From: an uncultured Candidatus Melainabacteria bacterium
GTDB taxonomy: Bacteria; Cyanobacteriota; Vampirovibrionia; Gastranaerophilales; Gastranaerophilaceae
Direction of reading: 5' to 3'
Assembly (NCBI GenBank): GCA_949927415.1
Contig: CATLFB010000007.1
Span: 24,412-88,411 of the forward strand
Length of the DNA: 64,000 nt
Each line of letters begins with the position of its first letter. Position 1 is the stretch's first letter. Below are positions 37,107 to 45,062 of this stretch, one piece after another. Both the position numbers and the translations under genes were made by a program. The notes beneath the pieces were generated by a model. That model was given only the letters and a program-made list of their open reading frames with translations. It was not told the origin of the DNA and made no database searches.

Positions 37107-37187
37107 GTCGTAGTGGCGGAATGGTATACGCGCACGTTTGAGGGGCGTGTGGAGAGATCCGTGCGGGTTCAAGTCCCGCCTACGACA
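37107..37187 (+). tRNA. tRNA-Leu (anticodon GAG), class II with long variable arm, no encoded CCA
   Basis: The 7-bp acceptor GTCGTAG/CTACGAC is perfect. The anticodon stem is CACGT/GCGTG with loop TTGAGGG. The variable arm is 13 nt. The T arm is GCGGG-TTCAAGT-CCCGC. The D region GGCGGAATGGTATACGC resembles bacterial tRNA-Leu. Confidence 0.85.
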
Positions 37188-37211
37188 TTTTTTCATTTAA
37201 GGAGTGTGTGC

Positions 37212-37415
37212 ATGAAAGTTCCGATTATTAATCCAAATGCCGGGTTAGTTAAAAATCTTTCGCACTTCTTTAAAAGAATATTTGAACCTTTTAAAACTTT
37301 AGTAAAAAATATTTCTAATGCAATTTTTATATATAATAAAATTTTTGAAAATTCTAATATCGTAAATCAAAATATTGTAGAAATCAGGGAGTTACTTCAA
37401 AAGGTGTTAAATTAA
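37212..37415 (+). CDS. small hypothetical protein (67 aa)
   Basis: ATG behind AAGGAG. The longer ORF-track version (from 37113) overlaps the tRNA and was trimmed. Confidence 0.35.
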   Translation: MKVPIINPNAGLVKNLSHFFKRIFEPFKTLVKNISNAIFIYNKIFENSNIVNQNIVEIRELLQKVLN

Positions 37416-37710
37416 TTCAATATGCATTCTGAAGAGCTCTTTAATGTTCATTATGCACAAACAAAACATGTTGTAATATTCTTTTAAATATTGTTTCAAA
37501 ATAAAACTTAACTTGCCTAAATGTTATTTTTAAGAAAAATCAACTTTATGCCGCTAAATCGCGCCATATATTGATTGTCGTTTCACAGGATTTGCATTTT
37601 GTGAGTTGTTTCAGTGTGAAGAATTGTTAAAAAAACTGATATTCCGGCAATTTAATATATTCATCGTATTTGTATTTTTTGTGTAAGTTAACTATGAAAG
37701 GAAACTTGTT

Positions 37711-37998
37711 ATGTTGAATATGTCAAATGTATCTTTTCAGGGCAAGCCTAATTTGGATAGAGCATTTAATAAGCTTAAAGTGTTAGATTCCAAATGCCGA
37801 TATGGCAGAAAGCTTGTGCAAATAGAACCAAAAATAAACTTTTATAAATATGCAGGCGAAAGAGGAATTTTGCAAATCCATCTTGATAAATTAGAAAAAT
37901 ATTTAAAATTTCATCCGGAAGATATCAATGCTCAAGCGGATGCTGCTAAATTAAGACAGTCTTTAAAAGCTTACGATCAGAAATGTTTTTCAAACTGA
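37711..37998 (+). CDS. hypothetical protein (95 aa) with N-terminal VSFQGK motif
   Basis: ATG behind GAAAGGAAA. No family recognised. Confidence 0.5.
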   Translation: MLNMSNVSFQGKPNLDRAFNKLKVLDSKCRYGRKLVQIEPKINFYKYAGERGILQIHLDKLEKYLKFHPEDINAQADAAKLRQSLKAYDQKCFSN

Positions 37999-38166
37999 TT
38001 TCAATATATTTTAAGTTGTTTCGGAAAATGTATTAAGAAATGTTAATCAATGTTTTTCGGAAACCTCCCCTTTTGTTTCCAATCGGTGCCTTTGTTACTG
38101 AAAAGTGCTTTATTTACATACTTTCAGTAGTGGCCTATCATCAAAATGTAAACAAAAGGAGGTTTT

Positions 38167-38601
38167 ATGAAAGATATTATTGTTAAACATTACGAAAAAA
38201 TCGAGCCGGAAGTTAATACCCAAAACGGAAATTCATTTGCGGTAAAAAACATCATTCCGCCTGATATGACAGACAAATGCTGTGCAAACTTCGTTGAAGT
38301 TGAGCCGGGAAATTTTGCATACGGGTACCATTACCACGAAGAAAATGAAGAAATTTTCTATATTATTAGCGGTAAAGCTTCTGTTAAAACTCTTCAAGGT
38401 GAAATCTTTTTGACACAGGGCGATGTTATCTGCTTCCCGGCAAATGAAAACGGCTCGCATGTGATTTCAAACCCTTCAAAGGATGAAAAACTTCTCTACC
38501 TTGATATTGGCTCCGCAAACAAGCCGGATGTAGTACATTTTACAGGAACTAATCAGGGTATGGTAATTACAAAAAACGAAATGTACAAATTTTCAAAATA
38601 A
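38167..38601 (+). CDS. cupin-domain protein
   Basis: GYHYHEENEEIFYIISGKA (cupin motif 1) and GDVICFPANENGSH (motif 2). Confidence 0.8.
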   Translation: MKDIIVKHYEKIEPEVNTQNGNSFAVKNIIPPDMTDKCCANFVEVEPGNFAYGYHYHEENEEIFYIISGKASVKTLQGEIFLTQGDVICFPANENGSHVISNPSKDEKLLYLDIGSANKPDVVHFTGTNQGMVITKNEMYKFSK

Positions 38602-38694
38602 ACATGCGGGAACAATTCTCTAAAAGAATTGTTCCCAATTTTTATCTTTATTTAAAGCCGTCATTAATTCACGTTGTTTTTAAATTTAAAAAAT

Positions 38695-39486
38695 CTACAT
38701 CCACTCGCAAGCATCATGGTTGCAAAGAGTTTTTTCTAAATCCGTCATAACTTCTGCCTTTGTCATTTCGTAAGTCACAGGCGTAACTGATATCTTGTTG
38801 TTTCTAACCGCCGCAATGTCAGAGTTCGAATCGTTCGGCTCATTTGTCAACTCGCCCGCCATCCAGTAATAAACCTTGCCGCGCGGATCAACACGTTTTT
38901 CGTAAGTGTTCGTAAACATTTTTGCCCCGAGTTCGGTTATCGCAATGCCTGCAATGTCTTCTGCATCAAGCAATGGTACATTCACGTTTAGCAAAGTCTT
39001 TTGCGGAAAATTGAAATCCTTCAGGCGTTTCAGCATTCCGCGTACAAACTGCGCCGTAAATTTAAAATCATCATAATCTGACTGCATACTGGCTAAAGAC
39101 ACAGCAATGCTTGGAATTCCCATCATTGCGCCTTCCATCGCGCAGCTTACGGTGCCGGAATACAAAATATCAGAACCCAGGTTTGGGCCATGGTTGATTC
39201 CGGAAATCACTATATCCGGCTGCTCTTCTTTTGATAAAATCGCATTTATCCCGATTTTAACGCAATCCCCGGGAGTTCCTGTCGTAACCCATGTTCTTTT
39301 TGCGCCGTTTATCGGGTCAAGTTCCTCAACCCTCAAGGGTGTATGAAGTGTCAGTGAATGGCCGGCCGCACTCCGTTCTCTGTCCGGTGCGATAACATAT
39401 ACATCATGCTCTTGTGAAAGTTCTTTTGTCAGCATTCTGATTCCGTTTGCCGCAATTCCGTCATCGTTTGAAATTAATATCTTCAT
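38695..39486 (-). CDS. surE: 5'/3'-nucleotidase SurE
   Basis: The MKILISNDDGI N-terminus and GINHGPNLG motif. Confidence 0.9.
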   Translation of the reverse strand: MKILISNDDGIAANGIRMLTKELSQEHDVYVIAPDRERSAAGHSLTLHTPLRVEELDPINGAKRTWVTTGTPGDCVKIGINAILSKEEQPDIVISGINHGPNLGSDILYSGTVSCAMEGAMMGIPSIAVSLASMQSDYDDFKFTAQFVRGMLKRLKDFNFPQKTLLNVNVPLLDAEDIAGIAITELGAKMFTNTYEKRVDPRGKVYYWMAGELTNEPNDSNSDIAAVRNNKISVTPVTYEMTKAEVMTDLEKTLCNHDACEWM

Positions 39487-39740
39487 ATATTCTCCCCTTC
39501 TGTAATAATCCTATTTCTCTACTATATTTTATATTCCCCGAAAAGACAACTTTTTAATATCCCAAGATGTTAAGTTTTGTAACTAAATATAAGAAAAATA
39601 TCACAAGTATGGCAATTTTATATACAAAAAATACTTTATATATATGAACACGAGGAACGCTTAAAATTGAGGAATCAAAGAGATTTTAAGCACACACTAC
39701 ACTTCACACTATTTGAGGAATGAATCAAAAGTTTATTCCA

Positions 39741-39768
39741 AGAGCCCCCTAAAAAGGGCTCTTTTTTT
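39741..39768 (+). terminator. orphan plus-strand rho-independent terminator
   Basis: AGAGCCC / GGGCTCT stem followed by T6-7. There is no annotated plus-strand gene upstream. Confidence 0.55.
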
Positions 39769-40690
39769 GTGCTACGCACGTAGACATATTGGCACTGAAT
39801 TAGGTGAAGAGCGCTTTTGCAAGAATTAGGCGCTAGATATTCTGAATTAGGACGAAACCGCTTGGAATAGCAATGTCTTCTGACTATTGTTGTGAAACGT
39901 GACGGGTTTATTACGCACGTAGATGGATTTTCGCACACGTGTAAGGAGCATGAGCGACTGTAACCCGAAAGAGCAACAATTCAACGGAGTGGCGTAAAGC
40001 CGTAAGGTTTTAAAAGCGGAGGCTTGAATTGTGCGTACCCGAATAATTCAGACATATAGGAACTGGATTAGATGAAGGGCGCTTGTGGAAGGATTAGACA
40101 TAGAAGTTCAGGATTAGGACGTGGGCGCTGGGAGCGATTGACGTCTTTTGACGATATTCAAAAATGCTATGATTAATTGACGCACGTAGGAACTTCGGGC
40201 TGGAAACAATTGAGAGGTGCATTTGGAAGAATCAGACGCTTGACGTTCAGGTTTAGGACAAAAGCGCTGGGTAAGGGCAACGTTTTTTGACGACACTCCG
40301 AAGTTTTAACTATAATCGTCGCAAAACCCCTCTCCTGGTAGAGGAGAGGGAAGAATTTCTTAACGAACCTCCGGTGAGTTTAGAAATTCGGGTGAGGTAC
40401 TACGTACGTAGATATATTGTCACAGAATTAGGCGAGAGGCGCTTTTGAAAGAATTAGTCATGGAAGTACAGAATTAGGACAATTGCGCTGTGAGATGGCG
40501 TCGTCTTGTGACGATTAATGTGAAATTGTGGCTGCTAGGTTACGTACGTAGCCATATTGTCACAGAATTAGGCAAAGCGCGCTTTAAAAAGAAGTAGACG
40601 CGAAAGTTCATAATTAGGACAAAGCTGCTAGGAAAAGCCGACGTCTTCCTGTGATATTTGTAAAATGCCGCGCTGAATTGCTGAACGCAA
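39769..40690. repeat. composite tandem repeat array, locus B (five ~140-bp units, one 127-bp insert, one ~85-bp hairpin module)
   Basis: Palindromic anchors are at 39772 (CTACGCACGTAG), 39912, 40180, 40400 (CTACGTACGTAG) and 40541. Each unit has three (G/A)(A/G)ATTAGG sub-repeats, GCGCT boxes and a GTCTTNTGAC(G) mini-hairpin. Confidence 0.85.
39924..40050. repeat. insertion-like sub-element (type 2), copy B, 127 bp, splitting a unit anchor
   Basis: The anchor reads ...CGTAGA | TGGATTTTCGC ... GAATAATTCA | GACATATAGG, whereas uninterrupted units read CGTAGACATATTGG. Confidence 0.5.
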
Positions 40691-40691
40691 T

Positions 40692-41843
40692 TTACAGACC
40701 CGGCCTTTGGTTAAGTTTCAACTCCTCAACCAATTCAAATACTGAAAGAAGTTCATCGAAAAGCTCCATGAATGTGTGGCTGTCGGTTTCTTTGTTGTAA
40801 TGCGACATCGCAAACAAATCGCGGCCGGCATGCAGTGCAAGTGTGATTTTTCCGTCTTTAAACGCTACACGCATGTATTTTGCTTTGAATGCGGTTTTGA
40901 TATTCTTTATTCTTTCGATAAACGCCGTTGTCAAAACGTAACGCGCCTCAACCTGATTATCTGAATAGATTTTATACATTTTGCCAAACTCTGTATCTTC
41001 AAGCTTTACTTCCTCAAACTTTGAACGGTTAAATTTTATCGTACGGCTTGTTTTTGCTCTTTCAAGGATAAATGTGTGTCCTTCAAAGTTTTTATTCATT
41101 TCAAATTCAACCACAACCCCGCGGAAAGGTGCCCTGCGTGTGCATTTCCAAAACAGAAAAATCGGCAAACCTAAAATTCCGATAAACATAAATGGCGGCC
41201 AGATAAAACTCAAAATTACGAAAATAATTGCATAAACAGAAAACCCGAAAGAGATTGCAAATATGCCTGCGGCAATATAAGCCATAATATTTTTTACGGA
41301 CGAAAGTGACGTATCGCATTCTAAAATATTAAAATTCACCCCCTTGTAATTTCCGCAAATTATATCGTCATAGCTTAAGAATAAATGCGGAGGCATAATA
41401 TTCAATAGTTTAAAATTTCTCGAATCCGGCATTATACCAAAATTCCTGCCTGTTAGAATTCTTAAAGCCTGCGGCCCCCAAAAAAGTTTATCAGAAAAAA
41501 TCTGCAAAAATTCCGGCATATATTTAACTTTGAAATCGTCTTCACTCATAATATTTATTTTGCCGCTCTTATCAGTCGCCAGCTTTGCTACTGCGAACAC
41601 AGAAACAAACCCAAGTATTGTCAAGAAAAGACCAAGTTTAATTATAATAGGCGTTTTGCCATTAATCGTAAAACCTCCAAAAAGACTCAATAACAGAAAG
41701 CCTGAAAGAATGCTGATAACTGAAAATTTCTGCACCGTTGAATATTTGCGGGCAATATTCAAGTTTTGAAGCTCAGGCTTAATCTTGTTAAAATAGAACT
41801 CTCTGAGTTCCGCTCTCATCTGCGAAATGCTTTTTTCTTCCAT
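40692..41843 (-). CDS. DUF3137-like membrane protein
   Basis: Multiple TM helices are present. The C-terminal block FGKMYKIYSDNQVEARYVLTTAFIERI resembles the DUF3137 signature as I recall it. Confidence 0.6.
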   Translation of the reverse strand: MEEKSISQMRAELREFYFNKIKPELQNLNIARKYSTVQKFSVISILSGFLLLSLFGGFTINGKTPIIIKLGLFLTILGFVSVFAVAKLATDKSGKINIMSEDDFKVKYMPEFLQIFSDKLFWGPQALRILTGRNFGIMPDSRNFKLLNIMPPHLFLSYDDIICGNYKGVNFNILECDTSLSSVKNIMAYIAAGIFAISFGFSVYAIIFVILSFIWPPFMFIGILGLPIFLFWKCTRRAPFRGVVVEFEMNKNFEGHTFILERAKTSRTIKFNRSKFEEVKLEDTEFGKMYKIYSDNQVEARYVLTTAFIERIKNIKTAFKAKYMRVAFKDGKITLALHAGRDLFAMSHYNKETDSHTFMELFDELLSVFELVEELKLNQRPGL

Positions 41844-41852
41844 AACCGTACC

Positions 41853-42647
41853 TTAAAATTTCGGAATTACATCTTCGAGATTACCATAATAACCTTCGTC
41901 AAGCAATTCGAAAAAACGTTGACAAGTAAAAGGCGCAAGCGCTTCAACCCATTCTCTGTCCAGATAAAGCCCTTCCACAAACCGCGCAAAAAGTTCTGTC
42001 GGACGTTTGTAATATTTGTTCAATTTATTTATGCGCGATGTTATGCGAGTCTGTTTTTTGGTATAAGATTTAAGTCTGATATACGCCGCAAACGCAGGCG
42101 GCATGTCCGGGAAACAGGCTTCTATCGTGTTGACTGTATAAATTTTCGGGGAAAACCTAAAAAATCCGCCCATAAGTTTTACCCTGTCATATTTTAAAAG
42201 ATATTTCGCATCTGAGCGCTTGATGTATTTGTCGAATTCTTTGAATTTCTTTGAACGCTTAAAATTCGGGTAGTCTTTCTTGATTGTTGAATCAAGTTCG
42301 AGGATTTTCTCTTTGACCCTTTCTTTGTGCTCTGTCAATCTTATGCAAAGTGAACTTTCATCAACAAAATTTGTCACTTTAAAAAGTTCTTCTGCTATAA
42401 CCGGATTTTCTGATTGAAAAAGTTTTTGAAAAGTTCCGCCGGTTTTCGGCATATCAGGTTCAAGCCCGAAATGTATGTAGTGCGCGAATTCATGCAGCAT
42501 TGTCGGCACAACCCTGTTCTGGGGAATATTTTTTGAAATATCAATTCTGTTTCTGCAGAAAAACCCTTGATGTCCGCGGGCTTTTGTTGTTGTGTGAACC
42601 TTAATTCCAAGACTTTTAAAATATTTCACCAGCGATTTTTTATCCAT
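41853..42647 (-). CDS. HExxH zinc-metallopeptidase-like protein (SprT-like context)
   Basis: ARGHQGFFCRNRIDISKN...TMLHEFAHYIH. The family assignment is uncertain. Confidence 0.55.
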   Translation of the reverse strand: MDKKSLVKYFKSLGIKVHTTTKARGHQGFFCRNRIDISKNIPQNRVVPTMLHEFAHYIHFGLEPDMPKTGGTFQKLFQSENPVIAEELFKVTNFVDESSLCIRLTEHKERVKEKILELDSTIKKDYPNFKRSKKFKEFDKYIKRSDAKYLLKYDRVKLMGGFFRFSPKIYTVNTIEACFPDMPPAFAAYIRLKSYTKKQTRITSRINKLNKYYKRPTELFARFVEGLYLDREWVEALAPFTCQRFFELLDEGYYGNLEDVIPKF

Positions 42648-42833
42648 GATTAATATTATAGCGCAATAAAATTCGACAATTAAACAAATCTGTAAAGCCC
42701 CTCTGTAATTGCGTAATATTACTTAAAAAAATCTTGAAGTTTGACCATATCGGATAAATAATAATTAGGCAGGACAAAATAATAATCTTCATTTATAAGA
42801 TTAACGCCATAGCTGGCGGCAGAAAGGATTAAA

Positions 42834-43847
42834 ATGGTATTAGAATTAGCATCCGGGCAACTAGAACGCGCAATTAACCCCACTCACGATATTAAACTTT
42901 TTGCAGGCCGTTCAAATACCAAACTTGCTCAGGAAATCGCAGATTATCTCGGAACCTCAATCGGTCCGATGGTTATTAAAAATTTTGCTGACGGTGAAAT
43001 TTATGTTCAGGTAAAAGAAAGCGTCCGCGGAGATGATGTTTTCATTATCCAGCCGCTTTGCAATCCTGTTAACGAAAACCTTATGGAACTGCTAATCATA
43101 ATTGACGCTTTCAAACGCGCAAGCGCAAAATCAATTACGGCAGTAATCCCTTACTACGGATACGCAAGACAGGACAGAAAAACTTCCGGCAGAGAAGCAA
43201 TTACTGCAAAACTTGTTGCGGATTTGTTGACAACAGCAGGCGCAAACAGAGTTCTTGCAATGGACTTGCACACCGGACAAATTCAAGGTTTCTTCAATAT
43301 TCTTGTTGACCATATTTTTGCAACACCGATTTTAGTCAATTACATCAAGAGCTTAAATATCGACCCTGATGATATGGTTGCAGTAAGCCCTGATACGGGC
43401 GGTGTTCAGCGCACAAGACATTTTGCAAAAGCTATCGGATGTTCTTTAGCGATTATCGACAAACGCCGCGACAAGCATAATGAAGCTATTGCATCTCATG
43501 TTATCGGTGATGTTCAGGACAAAATTTGTATAATGTTTGACGATATAATTGACACGGCAGGAACAATCTGCGAAGCGGCTAAACTTCTGAAACGCGAAGG
43601 CGCAAAAGATGTTTATGTCTGCGCGGCTCACCCTGTTTTCTCAGGCCCTGCCATTGAAAGACTTGCAAATGCTCCGATTAAGGAATGCATTGTGACAAAT
43701 ACAATTCCGCTTGATATGTCTAAAATGCCGCCGAATGTAAAACAACTTTCGGTTGCACCGCTTCTCGGTCAGGCAATTTCCAGAATCCATGATGATGAAA
43801 GCGTAAGTTCGCTTTTCGGATTTGAAAAAGATATTCAGGTAAACTAA
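42834..43847 (+). CDS. prs: ribose-phosphate pyrophosphokinase
   Basis: DLHTGQIQGFF and the PRPP-binding motif DDIIDTAGT. Confidence 0.95.
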   Translation: MVLELASGQLERAINPTHDIKLFAGRSNTKLAQEIADYLGTSIGPMVIKNFADGEIYVQVKESVRGDDVFIIQPLCNPVNENLMELLIIIDAFKRASAKSITAVIPYYGYARQDRKTSGREAITAKLVADLLTTAGANRVLAMDLHTGQIQGFFNILVDHIFATPILVNYIKSLNIDPDDMVAVSPDTGGVQRTRHFAKAIGCSLAIIDKRRDKHNEAIASHVIGDVQDKICIMFDDIIDTAGTICEAAKLLKREGAKDVYVCAAHPVFSGPAIERLANAPIKECIVTNTIPLDMSKMPPNVKQLSVAPLLGQAISRIHDDESVSSLFGFEKDIQVN

Positions 43848-43885
43848 CAAACCAAAAACTAATTGGAAGTAATAAGAAAAAGATT

Positions 43886-43918
43886 GCCGCTTTTGATTTT
43901 TTCAAAGCGGCGTTTTTC
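43886..43918 (+). terminator. rho-independent terminator after prs
   Basis: GCCGCTTTTGA / TCAAAGCGGC stem followed by GTTTTT. Confidence 0.8.
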
Positions 43919-44315
43919 TTTGCTGTAAGAATAAGAACAATTTTTACGCCGGAAATAGTGCTTTGAAGAGTAACTATGCGGCAGCGCCTCCGGGCTTTCG
44001 GCCTTAAATCAATAAAAAAAAGCCGTCTTTAATAAGAACGGCTACCAGACTTGGGGAGGAGGTATGAAAAACTTTCGTTTTCCATATCTGTATTATTTAA
44101 AACGGCTTTGGAAATTAAAAACTTTTACAAAATGCACAAATCTCATCCGTTTGATGTAGCTAAACAAGCCGCAGAAAACTCAAAAAAGAGGAGCTGCGCG
44201 GGGAAAAGTAAAGGAGCGGGCAGGCACAAACTTTACGCTAATGAAAAAATAACAGGCGCACTTTATTGTCAAATTCTGCGATTGTATTTTCTCTGAAATT
44301 TGCTATAATAAGCCT

Positions 44316-45062
44316 ATGAGCGAGATTGAAAAAAATTACGAAGACTTTATTTCGACCGTAAGCCATGAATTGCGCACGCCGTTGACCTCAATCAGAGGCT
44401 TTTCGCAAACAATGCTTTCATCATGGGACAAGCTTGATGATGAAAGCAAAAAAAGGTTTCTGAAAATCATCGAAGACCAGTCAAACAGGCTCATCAATCT
44501 TGTCGAAAACATGCTCTCAGTCACCCGCATCTCAGGCGGCAGAGAAAATCTTATCTTTAAAGAAATCAACGTAAAACCGGTTGTCGAAACAGTTGTGTCG
44601 ATTTTGAAAAACCAGTATAAAAATAAGAATTTTCAAATCGAAATAAATGAAAAAACTCCCCCGATACTTGCGGACAAAGACAAATTCCAGCAGATAATCA
44701 CAAATCTTACTGAAAACGCCGCAAAATACGGTGATGATACATCTCCGATTACAATCAGTACAGAATTTTGCAGGAATTGCGAATTTGTAGCGATAAAAAT
44801 TTCAAACTACGGAATCGAAATTAAAAAAGAAGATTACGAGCGGATTTTTACCAAATTTTCGCGCATTGACAATCCTCTGACGCGCAAGGTTCAAGGCAGC
44901 GGGCTCGGTCTTTACATCACCAAAAATCTGGTTGAAAAAATGAACGGAACAATTGGCGTTGAATGCAAAGCTGAAGGCAGCGGAAGGTTTTTGACTCAGT
45001 TTGAAGTGCTTTTGCCTGCCGCAGATATCGAAAAACAAGCGAGGGCAAAATGCAATCTGTAA
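44316..45062 (+). CDS. sensor-less histidine kinase (DHp + catalytic domain only)
   Basis: H-box STVSHELRTPLTSIRG, plus an N-box and a G-box (GSGLGLYI). 248 aa with no TM or sensor domain. Confidence 0.85.
   Translation: MSEIEKNYEDFISTVSHELRTPLTSIRGFSQTMLSSWDKLDDESKKRFLKIIEDQSNRLINLVENMLSVTRISGGRENLIFKEINVKPVVETVVSILKNQYKNKNFQIEINEKTPPILADKDKFQQIITNLTENAAKYGDDTSPITISTEFCRNCEFVAIKISNYGIEIKKEDYERIFTKFSRIDNPLTRKVQGSGLGLYITKNLVEKMNGTIGVECKAEGSGRFLTQFEVLLPAADIEKQARAKCNL

Noticed and set aside
37113-37211. N-terminal 33 codons of ORF 37113-37415
   Set aside because: This stretch is the tRNA-Leu gene read as protein. The CDS was trimmed to the RBS-backed ATG at 37212.
39769-40690. CRISPR array hypothesis for the three tandem-repeat loci
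   Set aside because: The units are ~140 bp and contiguous, and they diverge along their whole length. There are no short identical repeats alternating with unique spacers. No cas genes occur in the window.
44051-44296. 81-aa TTG-start ORF in the prs-kinase spacer
   Set aside because: It has no RBS, an arbitrary basic composition, and overlaps candidate regulatory sequence. Only the SD-led 31-codon ORF in another frame was kept, as a low-interest observation.
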